A stretch of 63,352 nt of DNA, counting the filler, from Octopus bimaculoides (Eukaryota), in NCBI RefSeq assembly GCF_001194135.2. It is 7 parts of 6 records of this genome, joined end to end, with 100 filler letters (N's around TTAATTAATTAA, not from the genome) between each part and the next. Parts side by side here need not be neighbours in the genome. Positions count along the whole stretch, not along the records: positions 1 to 7,015 come from NC_068988.1; positions 7,116 to 17,132 come from NC_069005.1; 5 more parts are not named here. One strand, written 5' to 3'. This document shows, piece by piece, positions 1 through 13,504 of the stretch. How positions within the stretch are numbered: position 1 is the stretch's first letter; each line of letters opens with the position of its first letter. A program made the translations under genes and the position numbers. The notes under the pieces were generated by a model, which was not told the DNA's origin, searched no databases, and worked only from the letters and a program-made list of their open reading frames with translations.

Positions 1-43
<43 letters not shown>

Positions 44-375
44 CATGTATATATACATATATATACATAATATAAGCAAGGATATGAAATTCTTGCGAAA
101 GGATGCTACCTGCCTAATTACCTCACCTGTCTGCTATGTAAACATGAGTTGGAATTCATCTAATTTCTGTCTAGACAATCAGTTTGAATGGCAGACATAT
201 AATCTATAGAACTGGTGTGGATGTAGGTTTTGGTTATAAAGATGCATTAGCGATGTGATGAATTAGCAAGTGCATATTTTTTCAAAGTATTGTGGGTAAC
301 GCACCTTATTTCCAGTTGCGTCAGTTATAATTACCAAATATTAACTAATGCACCAAGGTCATCACCGTGATCATC

Positions 376-390
376 ATGATGATGCTCATC

Positions 391-476
<86 letters not shown>

Positions 477-546
477 GGGGGAGGGTTATGTCGATTACAT
501 TGACCACAGTACCTGAAATCATCATCATCATCAACATCATCATCAG

Positions 547-578
<32 letters not shown>

Positions 579-580
579 CC
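376..580. repeat. (GAT)n and (CAT)n microsatellites
   Basis: Direct: long GAT run (~376-472) and CAT run (~519-580). They explain the poly-M/H/I ORFs in the track. Confidence 0.95.
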
Positions 581-1227
581 ATCGTGATAATTAGCAACAG
601 CAGCAACAGCAGCTGCATTATATACTCACGGCAAGATGCACAGCAAGTTAAGATATATTCTACAGCTCAGTCACGTCTGGAATTGTCTTTGATAACTTTC
701 ATTCGGTTATGTCTGGTTGGCATGAAAATGCAAACAACACCAAATAGCAGAGAATATGAAGAACAAGAAATAAAAGTAACACTAAGCAGTAAAATCAACA
801 TCAGGGAAAAGCAACACCGTCAAAAGGAACAGCATTCAGCGTCACTGCAAGGCCATCTTCAGTCGGAATACGACAACTTCAACAACAACAGCAATAACAG
901 CAGCAACATCCGCAGAATTAGTAGTAGTAGTTGCAGTTTTAAAATAACCTCTTCAATCGGATCAACAATTTAAAAAATGACAATGACCGTACCCAGAACA
1001 TTAGCTAAATCGGGACAAAGATTTAAAGAATCACTAACACAACCACCATCTTCACAACATGCACTCTCATCATATTCTCTCTTCCTCTCGTTTTTTTGCA
1101 TCGTCGTCATCATCATCATCATCCACATCATCATAATGATCATCACCACCATCAACAACAAGAACACCTCCACCTCCACCGCAGACGGTGTTAATGATTC
1201 AGGCCACCACGCCGCTTTAATACATGA

Positions 1228-1305
1228 CTGGTTCCTATTTTATCGACCCCGAATAGATGATAGGCAAAGTCGACTTCGGCAGAATCTGAACTCAGGAAAT
1301 AAAGA
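1228..1305 (-). mobile_element. SINE family D fragment
   Basis: ttatcgaccccgaa..gatga.aggcaaagtcgac.tcggc.gaat.tgaactcag matches the copies at 16593-17044 and 43044-43214. Confidence 0.75.
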
Positions 1306-1338
1306 CAAATGACGTACAACTTTAGTCCGACGGGATAA

Positions 1339-1339
1339 C

Positions 1340-1393
<54 letters not shown>

Positions 1394-1533
1394 AATGATG
1401 ACGATGATGATGATGATGATGATTACGACGGCGACGGCATCGACGACGACGATGATTATGATGATGATGCTGCTGATGATGATGATAATGATGATGATGA
1501 TGATGATAATGATGATGGTGGTGGTGGTAGTGG

Positions 1534-1616
<83 letters not shown>

Positions 1617-1617
1617 G
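1339..1617. repeat. Compound (GAT)n/(GAC)n/(GGT)n microsatellite
   Basis: Direct observation. Confidence 0.95.
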
Positions 1618-2139
1618 TTTTGTTGGCGGTGTTTGTGCTGGTGGCGAAAACAATAGTAAATAGAATAAGTTGTCGAAGCACAATAAAGAGAGAGATGAGA
1701 TAGATATACAAATTATTGAAAGAATGTCATAATGTGATGAAAACGAAAATAAAATATGATATGGTACAGTATAATATAATATAAATTTAGAGCTGAACTT
1801 TGTCGGAATCGTGATGAGATCAAAAGAGTTTGTTTAATAAATGAATGTATATTAGCAACTTGAAGCAACTGAATATTCAACGTATAAAACCTAGAAAGAT
1901 ATAAAGATGTGCGTTAACAACCTACTATTAAATATGTCGCACATATTACAGAGGGATACAAATATACAAATATTTAGTTACATACACGCATATGTGTAGG
2001 CATACGTAAGTACACGGAAACACTCGAACAGATAACCGTACGCACTTCTACTTTTTCATTCTCATAAAGCTTCCATTATGAAACAAGTAAACAACTAAAA
2101 GAGAATAATTGAAAATATAATTGGTTGATATTGAAGTCT

Positions 2140-2920
<781 letters not shown>

Positions 2921-4916
2921 ATTGTGTACGTATGTTTTCGTGTACAGTTCAATTCAGACATTAATCTGCCTATTAATATAAAATATTATCCTATTGTACA
3001 TAGTGTGTTGCACTATCCATTTAACCAATAACCATTAGCCATTAACTATTTCCCATTATTATTAAAGATGTCGCCATTCCTGAAAATGTACGCTTTCGGA
3101 TTATTTACGGCAGTTCTTCGCAAAGGTATTGCCTTCAACATGAGGACGTAAAGATGCAATTAAATTCTTAAAGTTCAAAGTTTCCTCTTACACAAAACAA
3201 CGAAGCTGATTCCTACGCTGCTTTTGGATGTCTATAAGGTAAAGCTATGATGGCAACTAAAAGGCAATTTGGTCCACAAGCTAGTAGACAAAGTGTGCTC
3301 TTCTAAAGGAACCCAAAGCCAACCTGCCGGCTTATGCGTGATTGTTCGTTAGGTCTATCTATTGTAATCGTTGGTAAATACGTGAGGCATTTTGCATAAA
3401 GATTAGTTATACGAACTGGCATTTTATACATCGGATAAACTGTATTAATCCAGTGAAACTACCCAACGGATATTATTACCAGTATAGCTCCTGATTTTCC
3501 TTTTATATTTTTCAGTAATGTGACTAACATCTATTCTTTGATCCATCCATGAATTACAACAAATTTCGTTTTTCACTAGTGGTCTATTTGAAAGAATAAA
3601 TGATATTAAAAATCACAGGTATATCGTAGTCCAATGAAATAAAAAAAAACAAACAAACACGATTTGGCGCATTCATCCGTTGGTATTTAAATAAATCTAA
3701 TTTACTGTTTACCATTCCTGCCGTTGCATAATTAATGTAAAACTGGAAATAAACGCCTTTCTGATTTGTTAATGTATAAGATCATCAAATGCTCTTTGGA
3801 TACTTCCATGTTAGAAAGGGTTTTAAGCAAAGAAATTTAAATTCTATTATTCTGTAAATTAGTATTTAATTAGTTTGAATGTACACAAATGCACATAAAT
3901 AAGTTTTAATTCCATTAGACATTCTAAAATACTATTAAATTTCATTCAATTTTAAAAAAGGTAAAATCGGAGAGAACTTATGGGATAACCTGATACATTA
4001 ACAAATCATAAAGGTGTTTATTTACAGTTTTACATTAAATTATGCAACGACAAGAATGGTAAGTAGTAAATAAAAACTATTTAAAAAACAACTTATATGT
4101 AATTTCTTNNNNNNNNNNNNNNNNNNNNNNNNNNNNNNNNNNNNNNNNNNNNNNNNNNNNNNNNNNNNNNNNNNNNNNNNNNNNNNNNNNNNNNNNNNNN
4201 NNNNNNNNNNNNNNNNNNNNNNNNNNNNNNNNNNNNNNNNNNNNNNNNNNNNNNNNNNNNNNNNNNNNNNNNNNNNNNNNNNNNNNNNNNNNNNNNNNNN
4301 NNNNNNNNNNNNNNNNNNNNNNNNNNNNNNNNNNNNNNNNNNNNNNNNNNNNNNNNNNNNNNNNNNNNNNNNNNNNNNNNNNNNNNNNNNNNNNNNNNNN
4401 NNNNNNNNNNNNNNNNNNNNNNNNNNNNNNNNNNNNNNNNNNNNNNNNNNNNNNNNNNNNNNNNNNNNNNNNNNNNNNNNNNNNNNNNNNNNNNNNNNNN
4501 NNNNNNNNNNNNNNNNNNNNNNNNNNNNNNNNNNNNNNNNNNNNNNNNNNNNNNNNNNNNNNNNNNNNNNNNNNNNNNNNNNNNNNNNNNNNNNNNNNNN
4601 NNNNNNNNNNNNNNNNNNNNNNNNNNNNNNNNNNNNNNNNNNNNNNNNNNNNNNNNNNNNNNNNCATATAAACACACACACATATATATATACGTATATG
4701 CAAACACAGAAGTGTATTGTGTATGTTTATATAAACTATATAAGCTTATGTTTAGCCAAAAGCAATTTAAATACTTGAATTTCCATAGTATTGGTTTCAT
4801 ATTCACACACAAGCTCTTGATGTATAATATCCTTGTATAATCATTCTATAATTATAATATAATTTTGTATGTACGTCCAAGGTCTCCTAATCCACATTGA
4901 TATACTTTGCTATTTC

Positions 4917-4971
<55 letters not shown>

Positions 4972-7015
4972 ATAATTGTAGGTAGCCATACCGGGATAGA
5001 TGTGTACCTAAATGAACCTTCACACGATTACTGCACATATTTATTCATGTGTACCTGTGTTTAAAACATCTGCTTTATTTCTTTTAATTCCTACTCACTT
5101 CGTTGTGTACTTTACATACCTATTTTTCTCCTTTTCTATTAGCATGTCTAAGTTTCGTACCTCTTTCTTACATATGTGAGTGCGTGTATGCGTGTAGGTA
5201 CGTGCGTGTATAAAGATATACACACACGCACATGTATATATATATATATATATATATATNNNNNNNNNNNNNNNNNNNNNNNNNNNNNNNNNNNNNNNNN
5301 NNNNNNNNNNNNNNNNNNNNNNNNNNNNNNNNNNNNNNNNNNNNNNNNNNNNNNNNNNNNNNNNNNNNNNNNNNNNNNNNNNNNNNNNNNNNNNNNNNNN
5401 NNNNNNNNNNNNNNNNNNNNNNNNNNNNNNNNNNNNNNNNNNNNNNNNNNNNNNNNNNNNNNNNNNNNNNNNNNNNNNNNNNNNNNNNNNNNNNNNNNNN
5501 NNNNNNNNNNNNNNNNNNNNNNNNNNNNNNNNNNNNNNNNNNNNNNNNNNNNNNNNNNNNNNNCAATCTATAAAACATTAAAATTAAATTGAACTTTACA
5601 GAGTAAAATATACAAATATATAGTTTTAGGGAAAACTATATAATATGTTGTACATGAAGAACGTAATTTGGTATGAGACGAATATATTTATACATTTGTG
5701 TTAGCAGTTGATATCTGTAAGATTACGATCGTTTCGTAGACAAAATGATGGAAGAATAATTCATTTTAGTCTATAAAAAATCACTTTACATGTCTGCGCT
5801 AATATATGTCCTAACGCTAGTTTCCAGGCTTCTGTGGTGTATATAAAGAAAGAACAAATGGTTGAGGTACGCTACAGGTGTTTCAGACGCCTTTTTTACT
5901 GCTAGAAATGATAAACACAGACACACACACACACACACACACATGTTATGTATTTACGTATATGATAAGTATGTGAAAGCAGAATAGGCTTAGTATACAT
6001 AACAGAGAGTAGCGATCAAATGGATGCGAAGGTACATTCCAACTTAGTCAACCAGGTTCAAACCATCGGCATACAAAATCAGCTATACAGAGCAATCTTT
6101 ATCGAGCTGTTATGGAGCTTGTAAAGTATATAAACATAAGTAGGTTTGAGATAGAATACAAAATACAGATTACAAAATAAAGAAAAAAATGAAACAAATC
6201 TAAATAGAAGAGATATGTAAAGTCTTATTTCGACGGCTGTTTCAAGACACCAATAAGTTACATAATATATGTATTCATATGGCCTTGTGGAGGATATCAT
6301 AGGTGGGCTGTATGCAACCAGTCCCGAAGATATTGTTGAATTAGGTTAGACGTCGCTTTTATGTATATGTAGAGAATCATTCGGTTACTGTGAATATATT
6401 ATTCATCAATTGTACACCCAATCGTACGCCCATGCGTGTATTTACGCTACAAAAATTTATTCTACAAACAATACAATTCTTCACTTCATAATAATCATAA
6501 TAATATTAATAACATTAGTAATAATAACAATAAAGCAAAGTATATATAAATGTCAATAGAGCAATCAATACGATGTAGGAAAAGTAGTCTTCTACAGCAA
6601 AAATAACAAGCAAAAGAATAATTCTACAATATTTACTCCAATATATTTTTAGCAGACAACGTACCTGAAAGAGAAACAAAATGATGCGAAGGAAAGCAGC
6701 AAGATGTATGTATTGTAGGCAGACGACAGAAGAAATGTCGCGTCTTATTAGTTTCTTTTGAAATCACGAATAGAATGAGTAATGAAAATTTAAAAAAATC
6801 GACAATAACAACCTGCATCAACATAGTAATAATAATCAGCGAATTATATAATAAAGTTGGATAGCATTGAAATAAGGAAAGAAAAAAGACCGCCCTAAAG
6901 AACCATATATACGTATACAGATATACGTATATATATATATGTATATATATATGCATAGGAACACATGTATACATGTATATGTATATATATATGTATATAT
7001 ATATGTATATATATA

Positions 7016-7115
7016 NNNNNNNNNNNNNNNNNNNNNNNNNNNNNNNNNNNNNNNNNNNNTTAATTAATTAANNNNNNNNNNNNNNNNNNNNNNNNNNNNN
7101 NNNNNNNNNNNNNNN
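7016..7115. other. Artificial 100-bp scaffolding spacer (N44-TTAATTAATTAA-N44)
   Basis: Identical 12-mer embedded in Ns at 7060-7071, 17177-17188, 21106-21117, 27806-27817, 34313-34324 and 59647-59658. It contains stops in all six frames. Confidence 0.93.
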
Positions 7116-7496
7116 TATATATATATATATGTCTATATACATATACATGTATGTATATATGTGTGTATATGTGCATGTGTGTATGTATATGCAGGCACAC
7201 ATGTACATACAAAGCGTACCGAATATTATTAATGAAGTGTAAACATTCCAAAGCAATATGATGTGTTTTAGTAGCTCTCCTTAACAGTTGCTTTCAATAT
7301 ATTAACATTCAAATATTTGACAAGCTCTGGCTCTGCGTTGAAACTCAGATAGTGTCGCTTCCAACAAGTCACAGTGCAGAACTGTGAAGTTGACCAAACA
7401 GTAATAATTGTCCCTCTGTCCCTGTGTTTCACACACACACACACACATACACAAACATACACACACGCATACACACACACGTAAAACTCGAGTTTC

Positions 7497-7527
<31 letters not shown>

Positions 7528-8506
7528 ATATATATATATATATTTACATATATGTATGTATGTACATATATATACATGTATACATGTGTGTGTATGTGTG
7601 TGTGTGTGGTGACAGACTCACATACATATGAATAGATACATTTATAGACAAAGATATCTAAGCATTCTATATATTCTATGTTTTTATATATCTATATATA
7701 CATGATATATGCACACACACACACACACACACGCACACACACGCACACACATGCTTAACTATATGCAGAGGTTAAAATACTTAAATATATATATGTGTGT
7801 GTGCGTTTGAGTGTGTGTGTGTCTGTGTGTATGTTTGTACACATATTTTATATATGTAGAAATATGAATACGTAACAGCATATATAAAAATGTGAGTTGT
7901 CTCATTATGTCCACAGTTTATTCAGAAACTACAATACAATCACCCACAAAACTGTTTAAATTATTATTCACTATCCTGCAGGGAAGGTCTGTAGACCATT
8001 TATTTTGATATATAGTGCAACAATGGTTTTGATTTCAGGTGTTTTGTCTTTCCGTTTTTGTTTAGGGAGATGTAAGCAGATTATCTTCCGTTGTCCTCCC
8101 CTTCTCCGCTCGTTTTTCACTTGAGTAAATTCATAGTTGATTTTCATTAGTATNNNNNNNNNNNNNNNNNNNNNNNNNNNNNNNNNNNNNNNNNNNNNNN
8201 NNNNNNNNNNNNNNNNNNNNNNNNNNNNNNNNNNNNNNNNNNNNNNNNNNNNNNNNNNNNNNNNNNNNNNNNNNNNNNNNNNNNNNNNNNNNNNNNNNNN
8301 NNNNNNNNNNNNNNNNNNNNNNNNNNNNNNNNNNNNNNNNNNNNNNNNNNNNNNNNNNNNNNNNNNNNNNNNNNNNNNNNNNNNNNNNNNNNNNNNNNNN
8401 NNNNNNNNNNNNNNNNNNNNNNNNNNNNNNNNNNNNNNNNNNNNNNNNNNNNNNNNNNNNNNNNNNNNNNNNNNNNNNNNNNNNNNNNNNNNNNNNNNNN
8501 NNNNNN

Positions 8507-8552
<46 letters not shown>

Positions 8553-9330
8553 GTGTGTGTGTATGTGTGCGTGCTTGTGTGTGTGCGTGTGTATATAGGT
8601 ATGTAATCATATGTGCATATATGTCATTATTCAGTTTATTTCAAGATTTGTTGCCAATAGAGGAAGAGCCATTTTCTAACCAAGATCCAAGGCTCCTTCA
8701 TTTGAATTTCAACAACGTCAACAGGATATTTTTGCATGTATATGCATATATGTGCAGTATTTGGAGTCAGTGCATGTGCAGATTTGTATGTTTTGGTCTA
8801 TGTATGTATTCTCATGCATATAGTTGTATGTCAAAACACGTGTACACATACTTAAAGGATAAATTTCTGAAAGTTTTCACAAAATATTACAGATCCAGTG
8901 ATGGCTTGGATCTATAGTCTTCGCATCAGTTTCCTCCGTTTTGGCTTTGAGAAGCCTAGATTAATTGCTCTGTTTATGTTTCTGGCTGACGTGACACAAT
9001 AATGTCGAGACGCCGGTGGTATAAGGTTTCCTTGAAAATAAATCGTGTGTGTGTGTTATGAAGATACACTCGTTGTGAGGGAGTTCTTTTCTTGTGATGA
9101 AACAACAGCGATTAACTTAATGGCGTTCGAGTATGCGGGACTTTTTTTAAGAATAAATATGAAAATCGCTGTGATATTGAGATATACAAATATTAAGGGC
9201 AAACATTATATCCAACTTAACGTGAACGTTTTATTAGAAAGCCGAATACTAAAATATTTACCTTGAGAAAACCTCACATATGAAAGCATGGGACATAAAA
9301 GCATAGATATTTATATTGCTGGCAGACAAC

Positions 9331-9376
9331 CTATCAGATCACATCATTTCAACGTACTCCGCTTCGTCAGTGATAG
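9331..9376 (-). ncRNA. Minimal type I hammerhead ribozyme motif with canonical core
   Basis: Minus strand reads CTATCA-CTGACGA-AGCG GAGTA CGTT-GAAAT-GATGTG-ATC-TGATAG: perfect 6-bp stem I, CUGACGA and GAAA boxes, 4-bp stem II, 2-bp stem III, AUC cleavage triplet. Confidence 0.7.
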
Positions 9377-9705
9377 CCGCTCGCAAGCGTATATGAGCCC
9401 CAAAAAACTGTTAACGAGTATATAGAATTTCAATGACTTTTCAAGCACTGATGTCAGGCTATTACCTGACGGCCATGTTTATCTGTCTATCAGTGCGCTC
9501 ATCTCTCCGTCATACACAATTGCAATGACACCAGGGAAACAATGTTTTGTTGAATTTGAAAATTGTTCTGTTTTGACGTAATCATGTTTTGACGTTATCA
9601 TGATTTTCAAAACAGAAGATTTAAAGGTGTGCGAGTGTGTATTTGTGTGTTTGCGTGTGTGTGTGTTTGTGTGTGTGTGTGTGCTTATTTGTGTGTGTTT
9701 TTATT

Positions 9706-9741
<36 letters not shown>

Positions 9742-10286
9742 CTTATTTGTGTGTGTTTTTATTTGTGTGTGTGTGTTTGTGTGTATGGCGGGGATAGTAT
9801 ATTTGTTGGTCTTTATTTTACACTATATTTCTTTTGAAAATTTCGGTGCATTTCGATTATTACATCATAATTTACCGATTGTCTTATAAATAACAGCTCG
9901 ACGATTGTAAAGTAATTTATTTCGAGAAACGAAATGAAGTGATATAGATAGATAGATAAACAATGAATTTATTCATTTTACTCATTAAATTCATGTATGC
10001 AACAGAAAAAAAAATGCTTTTGCATTGTATCATGATTCATGGACAAGCAATTTTAAATTTAAACTAAGCATCTTGTCATCGAACCCATGAGTATCGAACA
10101 AGTGTGAAGAATTTGGGGGTTGTTCGAGCATCACTGATTTCGAGGGAAAGCCTGTCTATCGAATCTTAAATAGAATGTGTGACAGTCGGAAACATGTTGA
10201 AAATACAACCCCATCAGAAGTGAGAGACTTCCTGCTCAACTCGTGACAATTATAGAGCGAATGGATTAATATATATATATTTGTAT

Positions 10287-10612
10287 GCGCAGGCGAGGCT
10301 GTGTGGTAAGAGGCTCTCTGTCTTGCGGCATGGCTCCGGGTTCAGTCCCACTATCTGGCACCTTGGGCAAGTGTCTTTTACTACAGCCTCGGGCAGACCA
10401 AAGACTTGTGAGTGGATTTGGTAGACGGATCCCAAAAGAAGCCCGTCCTATATATTTGTGTGTGTGTGTGTGGGGGGTATTTGCGCGCCTGTGTGTGACT
10501 TTGTGTCTGTTTGTTTCTCACCAGCACTTGACAACCGGTGTTGGTTTGTTTTCGTCCGCGTAACCTAGTGGTGCGGCAAAATAGATCGACGAAATAAATA
10601 CCAAACTGAACA
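10287..10612 (+). mobile_element. tRNA-derived SINE family A
   Basis: ggctgtgtggtaag...ccgggttcagtcccact...ggcaccttgggcaagtgtc...gtgagtggatttggtagacgg...gaagcccgtc + microsatellite + gacaaccggtgttgg body, shared with many copies in the window. Confidence 0.85.
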
Positions 10613-10707
10613 AATTCATTNNNNNNNNNNNNNNNNNNNNNNNNNNNNNNNNNNNNNNNNNNNNNNNNNNNTAGCATTGAGGTTACTCTGTTAAACGCAA
10701 TGCATAC

Positions 10708-11087
10708 TTACTCTTTTATTCTTTTACTTGTGTCAGTCAATTGGCTGCGGCCATGCTGGAGCACCGCCTTAAAGGGATTTTTAGTCGAAGTCGTCGACCC
10801 CAGGACTTATTCTTTATAAATCTAGTTGCTTATTCTCTTTTGCTGAACTGGTAGTTTACGGATACAAAAGGGCACCAAACTCAGTTGTCAAACGATGATG
10901 GGGAAACAAACACAGACACAAAGATACGACGGGCTTCTTTCAGTTTCCGTCTACTAAATCCACTCACAAGGCTTTGGTCGGCCCGAGGCTATAGCAGAAG
11001 ACACTTGCCTAAGATACCACGTAGTGGGACTGAACCCGGAAGTGGATGGGAAACGAGCTCCTTACCACGCAGTCAAGCCAGCGCCTA
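10708..11087 (-). mobile_element. tRNA-derived SINE family A, near full length
   Basis: Reverse complement matches the 45020-45463 copy end to end, including the (GAGTAAAA/GAATAAAA)-type tail. Confidence 0.88.
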
Positions 11088-11109
11088 TGCTCTGATTGTT
11101 TTAAATCGA

Positions 11110-11435
11110 CCTTGTATTATTTCGTAGCTTCGAAATTTCGATGATTGTTATAACATTGTAGAGTAGTTATCAAAGACAGGTTCTGGCTGGTTTGAACATT
11201 GAAAAGGTAATTTATTTAGACCGGAAATGACTTGTTTAAGACTTTAGCATTCAGATTACACTTTCAAATTTCTTGAATTAATCATGCATTGTCCCATATG
11301 TTTGAAATTTCGACGACTGACCGCTTATTTTTAGAACGATAGTATAGAGTCGGCGTGAGAAGTCAGAAATGGCTCGTTTAAACACGATGCAGCTAGAATG
11401 TCTGGGCCGGATATGGCCGGTTTATATGCTAGAAA
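11110..11435 (+). mobile_element. Decayed copies of the piggyBac-like MITE
   Basis: ctttagcattcagattac...gaattaatcatgcatt...gggccggatatggccggttta.atgcta matches 32173-32388. An additional partial copy lies at ~11110-11225. Confidence 0.65.
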
Positions 11436-12404
11436 CACGTGACATAATAAATGACATAATGTCACACACACAAAAGATAGAGTAAGGGAGCAACAAGAAA
11501 ATGGACCTATCTGTATAAAATGAAGTCAATGTTCGTATTTTATTATTGGAAGTAACGGAAAGATTATATTTAATATATTAAATATATGAAGACTAGATTG
11601 AGTAACAGACTATTAATATCTGGCGCTAGAGGACGATTAAATTACATTTCAATGCAATTGCTAAGAGCGTTGTTCCTGAAATTGATGTAAAGAGATATCT
11701 ATTAATCTATATATCGGTACATATGTCTGTCTGTCTCTATCTATCTATCTATCTCCCTCATATATATATATATATATATATATANNNNNNNNNNNNNNNN
11801 NNNNNNNNNNNNNNNNNNNNNNNNNNNNNNNNNNNNNNNNNNNNNNNNNNNNNNNNNNNNNNNNNNNNNNNNNNNNNNNNNNNNNNNNNNNNNNNNNNNN
11901 NNNNNNNNNNNNNNNNNNNNNNNNNNNNNNNNNNNNNNNNNNNNNNNNNNNNNNNNNNNNNNNNNNNNNNNNNNNNNNNNNNNNNNNNNNNNNNNNNNNN
12001 NNNNNNNNNNNNNNNNNNNNNNNNNNNNNNNNNNNNNNNNNNNNNNNNNNNNNNNNNNNNNNNNNNNNNNNNNNNNNNNNNNNNNNNNNNNNNNNNNNNN
12101 NNNNNNNNNNNNNNNNNNNNNNNNNNNNNNNNNNNNNNNNNNNNNNNNNNNNNNNNNNNNNNNNNNNNNNNNNNNNNNNNNNNNNNNNNNNNNNNNNNNN
12201 NNNNNNNNNNNNNNNNNNNNNNNNNNNNNNNNNNNNNNNNNNNNNNNNNNNNNNNNNNNNNNNNNNNNNNNNNNNNNNNNNNNNNNNNNNNNNNNNNNNN
12301 NNNNNNNNNNNNNNNNNNNNNNNNNNNNNNNNNNNNNNNNNNNNNNNNNNNNNNNNNNNNNNNNNNNNNNNNNNNNNNNNNNNNNNNNNNNNNNNNNNNN
12401 NNNN

Positions 12405-12448
<44 letters not shown>

Positions 12449-12719
12449 ATGTATCTATATATCGGTACATCTGTCTGTCTATCTATCTATCTATCTATCT
12501 ATTAAATTATTTATCTATTTACCCGGACTTATGCACACACACAGACACGCGCACGCGCGCTCGCTCAAACATACACAAACAAATCCCTCATGCATACATA
12601 TGAAGTTCGTCCCATTCTTTCTATAGCTATCTTCGTAGATCCACGTATACAAATCACTCTTTCGACACATCGTTGTGTAAATATGCGTATGTACAGACAC
12701 AACCACACACACGCTCACT

Positions 12720-12757
<38 letters not shown>

Positions 12758-12841
12758 TATATATTTATGTTTGTCTGTATTTATATCAATATATCTGTTT
12801 CTACTTACCTACCTATCTATACGTCTCTCCCCCGCCCTCTG

Positions 12842-12877
<36 letters not shown>

Positions 12878-13021
12878 CCTACCTCCTTGTCTACCTACCT
12901 ATTTACCTTTTCTTTTCTCTTTTTTTCCCCTTTTCTTTTTCATTTTCCAAAAGAAAAGCTCTACATTTGTATTTGTCCTCTGTGTTCAGCCGTGTGGACA
13001 ATAAAGAAAGCTATGTATCTA

Positions 13022-13052
<31 letters not shown>

Positions 13053-13094
13053 TTATAGACGGACGATAGACACATAGGCACCGTGTAAGTTTAC

Positions 13095-13254
13095 CTTTTA
13101 TTGCCTTAAAAAGTTGACTTTGGATTATATTTTTTGTATGTAAAAGTTGTGCAACAGCTGATACATTCAGTTGTGCAATTTGTTTGCACGGGAAATCTTC
13201 CCTATGTGGCGAATTTCCCCATTTCCTAAAATCATTTTCGGCATTCTTAGCCAT
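13095..13254 (-). CDS. Candidate first coding exon of an unknown gene (MAKNAENDFRKWGNSPHREDFPC...AIK)
   Basis: ATG in aaaaaaATGG context, 53 open codons ending at AAG|GTAAAC donor, downstream of a CpG-rich motif cluster. No homology recognised. Confidence 0.2.
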
Positions 13255-13409
13255 TTTTTTGTTTTTGAGACTGGCGTCTTCAACGACATGCAGATGATCT
13301 CATAACGAACGCCCGTCTCCTTGGCAACTCTCTTTCGAAGTTGATTTCCTTACACCCCCTTCACCACAGCTTCGTGAAGGAGAGAAGAAGGGGAGAAGTC
13401 TCACACAAA

Positions 13410-13504
13410 CAGGTGCAGGTGTGAGCTTGAACGCGTTGTCTGACGTTGTCATCTGGCGTTGTCTGACGCTTTCGTCTTGTGTTGTCTGACGTTGTCTGAC
13501 GTCA
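13410..13504. promoter_or_regulatory. CpG-rich cluster: tandem CAGGTG E-boxes and GTTGTCTGAC repeats carrying TGACG half-sites plus one full CRE
   Basis: CAGGTG at 13410-13415 and 13416-13421; TGACG at 13441, 13464, 13487 and 13497; TGACGTCA at 13497-13504. Confidence 0.35.

Noticed and set aside
695-712. FIRLCL peptide shared with the minus-strand ORF at 38458-38655
   Set aside because: A 6-residue match with no extension; expected by chance in a six-frame 63-kb comparison.
826-866. Minus-strand CTGAAGA-TGGC...GCTGAATG hammerhead-like remnant
   Set aside because: GAAA box, NUH site and stem I are not recoverable.
331-1711. Long ORFs with poly-H/M/I/S tracts, and equivalents elsewhere (2.0-3.0, 16.1, 20.3, 22.7-24.3, 35-38, 43.1, 46.6, 54-55.6 and 62 kb)
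   Set aside because: They are translations of stop-free microsatellites, with no complex domain or splice support.
3060-3480. Possible hAT or other transposase remnant (FKNLIASLRP on the minus strand)
   Set aside because: One short motif among many stops; no catalytic motif or TIR.
4040-5592. ORFs containing runs of X (also at 8, 12, 15, 50, 52.6 and 61 kb)
   Set aside because: They are open only because they cross N gaps.
5828-5866. Short exon-like segments (also 16366-16417, 39871 onward, 53266-53296, 53494-53561, 61741-61766)
   Set aside because: Plausible splice signals, but phases do not chain into an open frame and no homology is recognisable; such matches are common in AT-rich DNA.
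8986-9020. CTGACGT-GACA/TGTC-GAGAC-GCC hammerhead look-alike
   Set aside because: Three core substitutions and no stem I.
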